Positions 46,936 through 56,636 of a stretch of DNA of 64,000 nt are shown one piece after another. How positions within the stretch are numbered: position 1 is the stretch's first letter; each line of letters starts with the position of its first letter. The stretch comes from an uncultured Bacilli bacterium (GTDB taxonomy: Bacteria; Bacillota_I; Bacilli_A; RF39; UBA660): NCBI GenBank assembly GCA_934096705.1, contig CAKOMR010000004.1, positions 11,245 to 75,244 on the forward strand. The letters are read 5' to 3'. Position numbers and translations under genes: made by a program. Below the pieces are notes generated by a model that worked only from the letters and a program-made list of their open reading frames with translations, was not told the origin of the DNA and did not search any database.

Positions 46936-47611
46936 CTTTTTGCTCCATTATATCAGGTCTTTTGCTCTGCGTTTTTTGAATTTTTTGAGCAAGTCTCCAT
47001 TCATCAATTTTTTTATGATCTCCACTAAGTAAAACATCTGGAACTTTAAGTCCTCGATATTCACTTGGTTTAGTATACATTGGATAATCTAACAAATTAT
47101 TTGTAAAAGACTCACTTTCAAGGCTTTCTTTATTTATAACTCCCGGAATAAGTCTTGTTATTGCATCAATCATACATATACTTGCAAACTCGCCACCCGT
47201 TAAAACAAAATCACCAATTGAAAGTTCCAAATCCACAAGCGTGCGAATTCTTTCATCAAATCCTTCATAATGTCCACAAATAAAAATTAAATGTTTCTTT
47301 TTAGATAAATCATATGCAACGCTTTGCTTAAATGCAGTGCCATCCGGAGTAAGTAAAATAACATAGCTATCATCAGTTTTAATTTTATCAAGGCATTCAA
47401 ATATTGGTTCACAACGTATAAGCATTCCAGCCCCACCACCATAAATAGTATCATCAACTTGATTATTTTTAAGTGGAGTATAATCTCTAAAATTAATTAT
47501 ATTAATTTCTACTAAATTATTTTGAATAGCTCTTTTAATAATAGATTCTGTTAAAAAACCATCAAACATATTTGGAAACAAAGTTAAAATATCAATTTTC
47601 ATTAAGCTCAC
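46928..47611 (-). CDS. trmD: tRNA (guanine37-N1)-methyltransferase
   Basis: DDTIYGGGAGMLI and ICGHYEGFDERI motifs. Confidence 0.92.
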   Translation of the reverse strand: MSLMKIDILTLFPNMFDGFLTESIIKRAIQNNLVEINIINFRDYTPLKNNQVDDTIYGGGAGMLIRCEPIFECLDKIKTDDSYVILLTPDGTAFKQSVAYDLSKKKHLIFICGHYEGFDERIRTLVDLELSIGDFVLTGGEFASICMIDAITRLIPGVINKESLESESFTNNLLDYPMYTKPSEYRGLKVPDVLLSGDHKKIDEWRLAQKIQKTQSKRPDIMEQKDE

Positions 47612-48065
47612 CTATATTTTTAACATGTATAACATTATTATCAGTATCTACCTTTTCTACAAAGTTATCTATTAAAGGAATAATATATTTAGACACTTTT
47701 ACGTAAGTACAATTTTTATTATATAATACTTCGCTTACTTTTCCTAGAAAAACTTTTTTTTCATAAACATCCATATTTGGAAGTTGGCCAATAAGATATG
47801 AATTTATATTAATATCATTTAAATTTACATAAACCGGCTTTTTTAAAATTAAATTAGTTTTTTCTATACAGTCAATATTTTCAAAACCAATAATTTCATA
47901 TTTATTATTTTTTTTAGTACTAATAATTTTATAAGGGATTTCTTCGATATAAAGAGTATTACCAACCTGAAAAATTTCATTTTTATGATTTGTTTCACTA
48001 ACTATTTTTATTTCACCTTTAATACCAAAAGGACCAGTTATATAACCAATAAATACTAACTTCAT
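47592..48065 (-). CDS. rimM: 16S rRNA processing protein RimM
   Basis: IGYITGPFGIKGEIKI N-terminal barrel. Directly upstream of trmD. Confidence 0.75.
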   Translation of the reverse strand: MKLVFIGYITGPFGIKGEIKIVSETNHKNEIFQVGNTLYIEEIPYKIISTKKNNKYEIIGFENIDCIEKTNLILKKPVYVNLNDININSYLIGQLPNMDVYEKKVFLGKVSEVLYNKNCTYVKVSKYIIPLIDNFVEKVDTDNNVIHVKNIGELNEN

Positions 48066-48068
48066 TTT

Positions 48069-48551
48069 TTACCTCCTGAAAAAATCTTTGGGATCTTTAA
48101 AAGTAATAAGTTCAATGGTACCATTATTTGTAATAATACTTAATTCATAAGACTTTAAAACCGTTATTCTATTTTTCTTTGTAAAATCTCCAGTCATTCT
48201 GCCACTACCAGAACTTTTAACATAATCAGTTTCATAGCCATCAACTGACTCTCTTACATAATTATAAGGTTTAACTTCTATTTTAACTTTCTTAATACCT
48301 TTAATTGTTTCATTAAATATGCCATCACTATTTTCAATACTAATTTTTATATCATCATCACCACAAGTAATAAACATATTACCACTTTTATATTTTAAGC
48401 CTCTAACATATTTTCCTTTTAAATAAGGAGTTTTAGGAAGCTTTAAATTTTTAAATTTAATAATATCTTTTTCTTTATATAATATATATATCATAAATAT
48501 TCCTAAAAATAAAGGAATGGTAATATTTAAAAACATTACTAAAAATTCCAT
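48069..48551 (-). CDS. Hypothetical membrane-anchored protein
   Basis: N-terminal TM helix, then a basic beta-rich domain. No motif recognised. Confidence 0.4.
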   Translation of the reverse strand: MEFLVMFLNITIPLFLGIFMIYILYKEKDIIKFKNLKLPKTPYLKGKYVRGLKYKSGNMFITCGDDDIKISIENSDGIFNETIKGIKKVKIEVKPYNYVRESVDGYETDYVKSSGSGRMTGDFTKKNRITVLKSYELSIITNNGTIELITFKDPKDFFRR

Positions 48552-48554
48552 AAA

Positions 48555-49277
48555 CTACCTTCCAAACATATCATACATAATAATACTTCCAGCAACCGCT
48601 GCATTTAAACTTTCACATTTATCACTTATATTAATATAAATAAATCCATCACACAAATTTTTAACTTCTTCACTCATTCCTTGACCCTCATTACCAATTA
48701 TAAAAGCACATTTTTCTTCGTTTACATCCTTTATGTTTTTACCACTGACAACATCCGTGCCATAAATCTTATAACTTAATTCTTTTAGCTTTGGTAATAT
48801 TTCTAAAAGATTACTTCGTATAATATTAATATTAAAAATCATACCTTCACTACTACGGATAACTTTATCATTATAAATATCTACAGTATCATCACTAATT
48901 ATTAAAGTTTGTACATTAAATGCAACGCAGCTTCTTATAATAGTGCCAAGATTACCAGGATCTTGAATTTTGTCTAACACAAGTATTTTATTTCCAACAA
49001 TCTCACTTGGAGGAAAAAAACTGCACACAGCCATTACACTATTAGGACTTGATAGATTACTAATTTTTTTCATAACATCATAAGTAACTTTATATGTTGG
49101 AACACTATATTTTTCATCATCTAAAGTGATTATTTCGTTAACTATCCCTTTTTTTAAGGCTTCTTCTACTAAATGAGCACTTTCAACAATAAAAAGATTA
49201 TTTTCATCTCGATATTTTTTTTGTTTAAGCTTAGACCAAAATACCACTTTAGGATTTTTTAAACTTGTTATTTCCAT
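48555..49277 (-). CDS. TrmH/SpoU-family RNA 2'-O-methyltransferase
   Basis: SPOUT motifs LDKIQDPGNLGTIIRS, FIIGNEGQGMS and ESLNAAVAGSI. Confidence 0.8.
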   Translation of the reverse strand: MEITSLKNPKVVFWSKLKQKKYRDENNLFIVESAHLVEEALKKGIVNEIITLDDEKYSVPTYKVTYDVMKKISNLSSPNSVMAVCSFFPPSEIVGNKILVLDKIQDPGNLGTIIRSCVAFNVQTLIISDDTVDIYNDKVIRSSEGMIFNINIIRSNLLEILPKLKELSYKIYGTDVVSGKNIKDVNEEKCAFIIGNEGQGMSEEVKNLCDGFIYINISDKCESLNAAVAGSIIMYDMFGR

Positions 49278-49906
49278 GATCTTAATTCCTTTCTATATTC
49301 TTTATATTTAGGACATGCTTTACTAACTATATCCCAAAATTTTTTTGAATGATTTCCTTCATAAAAATGTGCCATTTCATGAATTATAACATAGTCTAGT
49401 AAATTTACATCTCTTTTTATCAGTTCCTTATTTAAAGTAATTTCTTTTTTATATCGATTACAAACGCCCCATCTAGTTTTCATTTGTCTAGTTTTTAGTT
49501 TAAATTCAGGTAAATTATTAAAACAGTTTTTACATATTTCCACTTCTTCATTAAAAACTCTATTAATTTCTTCCTCAACAAAAAAGTTTAATTCTTTTTC
49601 ATTTTTAGCATATACATATTCGCCATTTATATATGTTTTATCGATGCTTTCATTTAACTCAACATTATAGGTTTTACCAAGTAAATGAAACTTTTCATTA
49701 TAGGATTTTTTCTCTAAAGAATTTTGATACATTTTAATTAAGGCATCTTCATTCGCAAAAATTAATTTTTTTATCTCCTCAAGGGAAGTTTTTTTAGGAC
49801 ATGTCACAACTAAAACATTTCGATCATTAAATCGAAAATATATATTTTTATTGTTTTTATAAATAATTTCCACATAAAAATTATAATCTTTTAAATTTAT
49901 ATCCAT
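49268..49906 (-). CDS. YgjP/DUF45-family zinc metallopeptidase-like protein
   Basis: HEMAHFYEGNHSKKFW motif near the C-terminus. Confidence 0.65.
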   Translation of the reverse strand: MDINLKDYNFYVEIIYKNNKNIYFRFNDRNVLVVTCPKKTSLEEIKKLIFANEDALIKMYQNSLEKKSYNEKFHLLGKTYNVELNESIDKTYINGEYVYAKNEKELNFFVEEEINRVFNEEVEICKNCFNNLPEFKLKTRQMKTRWGVCNRYKKEITLNKELIKRDVNLLDYVIIHEMAHFYEGNHSKKFWDIVSKACPKYKEYRKELRSWK

Positions 49907-49962
49907 ACATACATTTTATCAAAATGAATTAGTAAATACAAGAATAGCAAAAATTTATTACA

Positions 49963-49996
49963 CCAAAAAAATATTCAAAAATTATATTTTGAATAT
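49963..49996 (-). terminator. Intrinsic terminator after PF-D
   Basis: Perfect 10-bp stem atattcaaaa/ttttgaatat with a 6-nt loop, then T6 or longer on the minus strand. Confidence 0.8.
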
Positions 49997-50002
49997 CATT
50001 TT

Positions 50003-51340
50003 TTAATTAGTTACATAATTAGTTACAACGTATGGATCATTCCAAGTACCAGAACCACTAAACATAACATCGCTATTTAAACTTATTACAGGCCTTACAG
50101 ATAATTCTTGTAACATACTTACACTTGCTATAGCACCTTGCTCATCAATAGTATATACTGAAGCAGAACCATCCATAACACTATACAACATTCCCGTTCC
50201 TAAATAAGTTGCTGTTCCCGTATATAAATAGTAGTCTAAATTGTCTACTCCATAAACACCGCCAGCCATCATTACTTCGTCTAAAGTTAATAATCCAACA
50301 GAATATGTCAAAGCTTGATTACAATCACCTACAACATCAGAAACGCTACAAAACTTATAAGTGTAATTACCATCATCAGAGCATTTATTTATAGGTGAAA
50401 AATTTTCTGCTCTTTTATAACCTGATAAGTATGGATCAGATCTTAAATTAGTGCCTTCATAATAAAAATCAGCACAAAAAATTTGAGGATAAATAACACC
50501 ATCGTTTTCATAGTCTACAAGGTTATCTTCAAACCACTCTTCTAATGCTATTTTCATTTGACTATTAGTTACGTCACAATTAATTTCACTTGGCGGACAA
50601 TAGCCAAATGCAGGTGATCCATTATCAGTCTGATATCCATACTGGTTAGAAGTATGCATAAATAATGAAGCAATAGCAAAAGCATCACCTGAATTCATAT
50701 AAACTCTTTCATTTTCCTCGGGTGCTCTTGTTCCACTATAAAGAAGCCTAATAGTATCATCACCATTTATTCTTACTATTCGCCAGTAAAAGTTTGCAAA
50801 TTTTACCCAATTGTTATCGACTGCTCCTCTAAAATAATATGATGTACCCCTATCGTCATCCGTGATGTATAAGCCTTCATTATCAGAGGCTGTTTCTGAA
50901 AAATTCGGTTCTCCTTTAGCAATGATATTTGCTTTTGCTAAATCAACAGTAGTAGCTCCCTCACCATTTGCAAGAAGAATTCTTTCATATGCTAAAGATG
51001 GTGCTGCAACAGCGATATAATCAAAATATAAAAAGCACTTATCAGTACCTATAAAATTAAAACTAATTGTTCCTGTGGAACTATTATAATCCGTAACTGT
51101 TCCATTATTTTTACAATACGTTTTTTCAGTATTTAAAGAATAACTACCTTTAGGTATATCTTTAGAACTATATTTAGTATAGTCAGTAGCGCCTTCTTCT
51201 TTTACCATAATTGCTATAGAGTCTTCCTTATTTTGCAATGTTTTTTCTTGAAGTTTACTTTCCTTTGGTGTTTTAAGACTAAATAAAACTATCAAGCAAA
51301 ATACTATTCCACTTATTAATAAAAGTAATCTTTTCTTCAT
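50003..51340 (-). CDS. PF-D: family member with a plain signal anchor and the shared C-terminal module
   Basis: SYYFRGAVDNNWVKFANFYWRIVRINGDDTIRLLYSGT; LTYSVGLLTLDEVMMAG; SVRPVISL; GSGTWNDPYVV. I prefer the start at 51340 (GGAGA 8 nt upstream). Confidence 0.75.
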   Translation of the reverse strand: MKKRLLLLISGIVFCLIVLFSLKTPKESKLQEKTLQNKEDSIAIMVKEEGATDYTKYSSKDIPKGSYSLNTEKTYCKNNGTVTDYNSSTGTISFNFIGTDKCFLYFDYIAVAAPSLAYERILLANGEGATTVDLAKANIIAKGEPNFSETASDNEGLYITDDDRGTSYYFRGAVDNNWVKFANFYWRIVRINGDDTIRLLYSGTRAPEENERVYMNSGDAFAIASLFMHTSNQYGYQTDNGSPAFGYCPPSEINCDVTNSQMKIALEEWFEDNLVDYENDGVIYPQIFCADFYYEGTNLRSDPYLSGYKRAENFSPINKCSDDGNYTYKFCSVSDVVGDCNQALTYSVGLLTLDEVMMAGGVYGVDNLDYYLYTGTATYLGTGMLYSVMDGSASVYTIDEQGAIASVSMLQELSVRPVISLNSDVMFSGSGTWNDPYVVTNYVTN

Positions 51341-51450
51341 AATCATTATCTCCTATAAAGGTAAGTTTTATAACCTCTTATTATTACATAACAATTTTAG
51401 CATATTTTATTTAAAATTTATATAATATTTTTTGAAAAAATAAAAAAACG

Positions 51451-51876
51451 TTAAGAGTTTACTTTTTTCTTAACATTTTTTGTACTTTTATTTGACTTTT
51501 TTAAATTTTCATTTATTTCTCTTAAAAGGAGAATTTCTTCACTAACTTTAGGTTCTTCTTTCTTCTCCTCTTCTTTTTTCTTTTTAGTTAAATCAGATAA
51601 TTTATTTAATCCTTTTATTACTAAAAAGATGCAAAAAGAAATTATTAAAAAATCTATAACATTTTGAATAAACATGCCAATGTTTATTGTAGCGTCTTTA
51701 AATTTAATGGAAATACTAGAAAAATCAATACCTCCAATAATAACTCCAATAATGGGCATTATAATATCATTTACAAGTGATGAAACTATTTTGGAAAATG
51801 CTCCACCTACTACAACACCAACTGCAAGATCTACAACATTGCCTTTAGAAATAAATTTTTTAAATTCTTTTAGCAT
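51451..51876 (-). CDS. mscL: Large-conductance mechanosensitive channel
   Basis: [41 protein letters not shown]. Confidence 0.88.
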   Translation of the reverse strand: MLKEFKKFISKGNVVDLAVGVVVGGAFSKIVSSLVNDIIMPIIGVIIGGIDFSSISIKFKDATINIGMFIQNVIDFLIISFCIFLVIKGLNKLSDLTKKKKEEEKKEEPKVSEEILLLREINENLKKSNKSTKNVKKKVNS

Positions 51877-52658
51877 GAAATATCCTCTTTTATTCTTTTT
51901 GCTTCTTTTAAAATATCTTTTTTAAAAGTTAGATAAGCACATACTACGTAGCCAATAAGTGTTAAAGCATAGCCAATTGTTAAATAAGAATATTTTGTAA
52001 ATAATACACCTATTAAAGCAAGAATTAAACTTACTGCATAACTACCATAATAAAATATAATTAAGTTTTTATCTAGATTTAATGATTTTAATGATGGTAT
52101 ATGTTCATCTAATTTAATAAATGAATTAATTATTGTAGCAAAGAATAATAGTATTGAAATTATTGCAAATATCTTTGACATACCAAGTAAGAATGAAAAA
52201 TCGAACATATCAGAATGAAGTATTGTTATTGATGCAGAACTTACATAACCGAAAAATTCAAACTTATATTTAATCCATTTAATATTAAATAGAATAAATG
52301 ATATGAAAAGTGTAATTAAATTATTGATTAACGTTTTATCTTTTGGAACTGTTACATTAATAGTTACCTTTTCTTGGCCAATTTCGTTATCCATTTTTGA
52401 TTTATTATCATTTTCATTTACTTGTACTGTTTTATTTTCAGTAGCCTCAGGTTGAATATTTTTTTCTTGTTCAATATTTGTTTTTTCTACTTTTTCTTCA
52501 TTAGATTTTACATTTTTAATTTCACTATTAACCTTTTTATTAACGCTTTTTGTGCTATCTTTTTTTGATTTATTGACTGTTTTAGCATTTGTACTTTTAG
52601 CGTTACTTGCCTTCACATTATTTTTCTTTTCAACTTTATTTTGTTTTTTTTCTTCCAT
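51870..52658 (-). CDS. Hypothetical membrane protein with a Lys/Asn-rich disordered N-terminus
   Basis: About 100 aa of low-complexity basic sequence, then 4-5 TM helices. Confidence 0.45.
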   Translation of the reverse strand: MEEKKQNKVEKKNNVKASNAKSTNAKTVNKSKKDSTKSVNKKVNSEIKNVKSNEEKVEKTNIEQEKNIQPEATENKTVQVNENDNKSKMDNEIGQEKVTINVTVPKDKTLINNLITLFISFILFNIKWIKYKFEFFGYVSSASITILHSDMFDFSFLLGMSKIFAIISILLFFATIINSFIKLDEHIPSLKSLNLDKNLIIFYYGSYAVSLILALIGVLFTKYSYLTIGYALTLIGYVVCAYLTFKKDILKEAKRIKEDISC

Positions 52659-52781
52659 AATAAAACTCCTTTAAACAATACTTATTATACATCATAATCC
52701 GTTTTCTTAAAAGTTAAATATATTAACTTTACTTAAAATTATAGTATATTTGTCAAAAATATGTTATTATATATTTGTTAT

Positions 52782-52857
52782 TACCCAGTAGCCAAGCGGT
52801 AAGGCATCAGGTTCTGGTCCTGACATTCCATGGGTTCGAATCCTATCTGGGTAACCA
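52782..52857 (+). tRNA. tRNA-Gln (anticodon CUG), CCA encoded
   Basis: Folded by hand. The 7-bp acceptor stem is tacccag/ctgggta. The D-arm gccaagcggtaaggca is nearly identical to my recollection of E. coli tRNA-Gln. The anticodon stem is tcagg/cctga with loop ttCTGgt. The T-arm is atggg-ttcgaat-cctat. Confidence 0.9.
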
Positions 52858-52864
52858 AAAAAAT

Positions 52865-52890
52865 AAAAGTCCATAATTTATGGACTTTTT
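52865..52890. terminator. Bidirectional terminator between tRNA-Gln and priA
   Basis: Perfect 11-bp stem aaaagtccata/tatggactttt with an attt loop. Confidence 0.85.
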
Positions 52891-52891
52891 T

Positions 52892-55060
52892 TCATAGTCT
52901 AATTGGATTAAATGTTATTTCAATATTTACCCTATTATTTAAAATATAACTATTATCAATATCCCCTAGTACTTCATATAAATTATTTTCTTTTGTATAT
53001 TTAATTATAATTTGAAAATGATATACATTGTTTATTTTAAATACTGCTGCAGGTGTTGGACCATATATAATCGTATCAACAAGCTTATCTTTTAAAGTCT
53101 TTTTTATTTTATTTGCATTATCGCTTGTTTCTTTATAATCTTTACCTATGACTTTTATTAAAGCTATATACGAATAAGGTGGATAAAATAAAACTTTACG
53201 GATACCTAGTTCATATTTAAAAAATCCTTCATAATCATTATTTTTGACAAAATTCAGTACTTTGTTATCTGGATTATAAGTCTGAAGAATTACTTCACCT
53301 TTTAAATTTTTTCTGCCAGCCCTACCAGATGTTTGATATAAAAGTGAAAACGTTTTCTCATTAGCCCTAAAGTCTGGCATATTTAATGATGTATCAGCAT
53401 TTATTACTCCTACCAAAGATACTAAAGGAAAATCAAGACCTTTACTAATCATTTGAGTACCAAGTAAAATATCATATTTATGAAGAGCAAAATCATCAAT
53501 AATTTTTTGATAACTGCCTTTTTTAGATGTTGTATCTTGATCCATTCTTATTACTTTGGCATCTGGAAATAATTTATTTAATTCTTCTTCAACTTTTTGA
53601 GTACCAAGCCCTAAAAAATTCAAAGAATTTTCATGACATTCTGAGCACTCTAAAGGTTTTTTTATAACATACGAACAATAGTGACATCTTAAACTATCAC
53701 TTGTTTTATGATATGTCAAAGTAATATCACAGTTCGGACATTTATATGTATAGCCACAGTTAGAACAAGTAATAAATGTTGAAAATCCCCTTCGATTTAA
53801 AAGTAAAATAATTTGCTCTTTTTTATTTAATCTTTCGATAATTTTCTCTTTTAGTATGTTTGAAATTATTCCATTATGATTGTTTTTCATATCTACCAAA
53901 ATAGTTTCAGGAAGATTTGCTCCACTAGCTCTTTTCTTTAATGGTACTAAAGTATACACATTTTTCAATGTTCTTGCTTTTGACTCAAGGGATGGAGTCG
54001 CACTTGCAAGTACTAAAGGAATATTATTAAGTTTAGCTCGATATTTAGCGATTTCAATTGCATCATATCTTGGAGTAGTATCTTGTTTATAACTTTCAGA
54101 GTGTTCTTCATCAATTATTATTAAACCCAAATTTTTAAATGGAACAAAAATGCTTGATCTAGTTCCCACTACTATTGATACCTTTCCTTCATATATTTTC
54201 ATATACTCATCATATTTTTCACCCGTAGAAAGACCTGAATGAAAAATTGCTACTTTACTACCAAATCTTTTATAAAATCTTTGTACAGTTTGTGTAGTTA
54301 AACAAATTTCCGGAACTAACACAATAACTGTCTTGTTCATAAGTAAAACTTTATCGATTAATGACATATAAACTTCTGTTTTGCCAGATCCAGTTACACC
54401 TTCAAGTAAAAAAACTTTATATTTATCTAAATCTTTTGCTATTACTTCATAAGCATTTGTTTGTTCTTCATTTAAAACTATTTTATTTTCTACATTATCA
54501 CTTACATTTATTCGATTTTTTATTTCTTTAGTTTCTTTTACTATACCTTTTTGTAATAAAACTTTTAATGAAGATGCTGAAAGTTCACTTTTTTTTATTT
54601 TTCCTTTAGCAATAAGACTATCTATAATACGAATTTGAGCATGGGCTTTACTATTGTTAATTATATATTTACCAGCATCATTTATATTTACATTCAACCA
54701 AATATAGGTTTCATATTTATGAAAGTCTTTCATTTCATTTTTAATTTTAAGTGCTGGAGGAAGGCATACCTCAAAAGCACTTATTAATGGACATAAAGTA
54801 GTTTTTTTTAGATAATATGCAAGATGCATTTGTTCACTATTAATGATAAATGATTCATCAATATTATATATTTCCTTCATTTCAAAATCTTTTTTTTCAT
54901 TATCTAATTTAATTATTATTCCCGTGATTACATCATTATTAAAAGGAACAACTACTTTCATACCAACACTAACTTTTTCCTCAAAATTTTTAGGAACTTT
55001 ATAAGTAAACACTTTATCTAATGATTTAACAGGATATTTGACTATAACTTGTGCATTCAT
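52892..55060 (-). CDS. priA: Primosomal replication-restart helicase PriA
   Basis: GVTGSGKTEVY, IIDEEH, and a Cys-rich zinc-binding insert CSNCGYTYKCPNCDITLTYH...CHYC. Confidence 0.9.
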   Translation of the reverse strand: MNAQVIVKYPVKSLDKVFTYKVPKNFEEKVSVGMKVVVPFNNDVITGIIIKLDNEKKDFEMKEIYNIDESFIINSEQMHLAYYLKKTTLCPLISAFEVCLPPALKIKNEMKDFHKYETYIWLNVNINDAGKYIINNSKAHAQIRIIDSLIAKGKIKKSELSASSLKVLLQKGIVKETKEIKNRINVSDNVENKIVLNEEQTNAYEVIAKDLDKYKVFLLEGVTGSGKTEVYMSLIDKVLLMNKTVIVLVPEICLTTQTVQRFYKRFGSKVAIFHSGLSTGEKYDEYMKIYEGKVSIVVGTRSSIFVPFKNLGLIIIDEEHSESYKQDTTPRYDAIEIAKYRAKLNNIPLVLASATPSLESKARTLKNVYTLVPLKKRASGANLPETILVDMKNNHNGIISNILKEKIIERLNKKEQIILLLNRRGFSTFITCSNCGYTYKCPNCDITLTYHKTSDSLRCHYCSYVIKKPLECSECHENSLNFLGLGTQKVEEELNKLFPDAKVIRMDQDTTSKKGSYQKIIDDFALHKYDILLGTQMISKGLDFPLVSLVGVINADTSLNMPDFRANEKTFSLLYQTSGRAGRKNLKGEVILQTYNPDNKVLNFVKNNDYEGFFKYELGIRKVLFYPPYSYIALIKVIGKDYKETSDNANKIKKTLKDKLVDTIIYGPTPAAVFKINNVYHFQIIIKYTKENNLYEVLGDIDNSYILNNRVNIEITFNPIRL

Positions 55061-55551
55061 TTTCTTTTTAACCTTTCATGAATTAGAAATATAAGTATGG
55101 ATAAAATGGCAAGCAAAGCAAAGATGTAAATATAATTTTTATATAAAAATGAATAAAATGTTCCAAAGCCATTTATAACAAGTATTACTTTTCCATAAAT
55201 ATTACTTATGTGTATTTGTTCCCCGTCATTAAATCTATTACTATCACCCTTAGTCTTATAAAAATCATCATATGAATCAATAACTCTATGAGTATTTACA
55301 TAATTTTCATTAGTTTTAAAACTAATTACATCGTTAGGAACATAATTATCCTTTTTCTTTACAATTACTAAATCGCCAACATTAATATAGGGCATCATAC
55401 TACTCCCTGTATTAATAAAACTTGTATAACCAAATATACAAGGAACTTTCTTTAGTATAATTTTTTGATAACAATAAGAAAAAGTTATATACATAATAAA
55501 TATTATAAAAATAGATAATAAACCTAAAATTATTTTTCTTAAAATCTTCAT
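55057..55551 (-). CDS. sipW: Signal peptidase I, archaeal/ER type (S26B, SipW-like)
   Basis: N-terminal TM helix, catalytic TGSSMMP, GDLVIVKK, VNTHRVI (Ser-His type), KGDSNRFND, and a second C-terminal TM helix. The stop overlaps the priA start (ATGA). Confidence 0.75.
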   Translation of the reverse strand: MKILRKIILGLLSIFIIFIMYITFSYCYQKIILKKVPCIFGYTSFINTGSSMMPYINVGDLVIVKKKDNYVPNDVISFKTNENYVNTHRVIDSYDDFYKTKGDSNRFNDGEQIHISNIYGKVILVINGFGTFYSFLYKNYIYIFALLAILSILIFLIHERLKRK

Positions 55552-55588
55552 ACAATTATTATTACATTTATGTAAAAAAAAATCTAGA

Positions 55589-56533
55589 TTAAATTTTTCT
55601 AAATTTTTCGTTTTCTAGTGTAGCTAGTCTGCACATAGTAATTATATCTTCAAAATCATCTGCTCTTGCAAAAAATCTTGCTTGATGACAAAATGTAGCA
55701 CTTTTTACATTTGTTATTTCAGGCAAATTTTTTGTTTCTCCAGCCCAAGATGATGGAAGAATAATTCTTTGAGAAAATTTTTCAGCAAGTGATCTTGGAA
55801 CGCACTGCAAAGCGTATCCACCATTTGGATAAGGAAATACTACAAAATCTACTGCCTCGCTAGGATTTTCTTCATTAAAAGTAATAGTAGGCTCTAACCA
55901 ATCAATAGTTTGGCATGGTAAAAACAAAATATTATCCATTCTATTAACTGTGCTGTGTAAACGATTATTTATTTCAGTTTTGCCTTGAACCACACTTATA
56001 CTTTTACTAATTACTGAAGAAAGTACAGTTGATGTTACTTTCAAAGCTTCATTAAAAGCATTATCATAATCTGGATTTTCTTCATCCCAATTTGGTAAAA
56101 AATTTTTTATATAAGAAAAAATATGTTCATTTGTATATACTCCATTATCTTCCATGTCAACTTTCTTAATAACATTTTCATCTATCAAATTAAAAATTTC
56201 ATTTATCTGCTCGATTGAAAGAGTTTTCATAAAATACAAAATAACATAGCCAAATTCTTTCCATACCAAACCAGCACTTGCATATTTCGTACCATCTATT
56301 CTTTGACCGTTTCCACCTTTTTGATGGTGATCAAATTTTCCCCCACCTACATCAACTACATAATCACATTCAGAATTTAAAATATTTAAATCTCTTGTCC
56401 TTATAATTTTAACTTTATCTTGTGAAGAATAAAGTTTTTCTACCATAAGTTTTATAATAGCACAAGCAACTACTTCATCGCTATGAAATATTCCATTGTG
56501 AGTACCTATTACCACATTTTCTTTTAACTGCAT
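55589..56533 (-). CDS. MYG1/UPF0160-family metal-dependent hydrolase
   Basis: GTHNGIFHSDEVVA and DVGGGKFDHHQ motifs. Confidence 0.8.
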   Translation of the reverse strand: MQLKENVVIGTHNGIFHSDEVVACAIIKLMVEKLYSSQDKVKIIRTRDLNILNSECDYVVDVGGGKFDHHQKGGNGQRIDGTKYASAGLVWKEFGYVILYFMKTLSIEQINEIFNLIDENVIKKVDMEDNGVYTNEHIFSYIKNFLPNWDEENPDYDNAFNEALKVTSTVLSSVISKSISVVQGKTEINNRLHSTVNRMDNILFLPCQTIDWLEPTITFNEENPSEAVDFVVFPYPNGGYALQCVPRSLAEKFSQRIILPSSWAGETKNLPEITNVKSATFCHQARFFARADDFEDIITMCRLATLENEKFRKI

Positions 56534-56589
56534 TATTTCCTCCTATGGAAAGTTATTCTAACATATAAATAATGTTCTATTCAAGCAAC

Positions 56590-56618
56590 TTGATATTATT
56601 TTTTTATTATTATATAAT
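56590..56618 (+). promoter_or_regulatory. Sigma-A promoter of tsaC
   Basis: TTGATA (56590-56595), 17-nt spacer, TATAAT (56613-56618). GGTGA RBS before the ATG at 56637. Confidence 0.6.
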
Positions 56619-56636
56619 ATGCCAAGGTGAAGAAAA

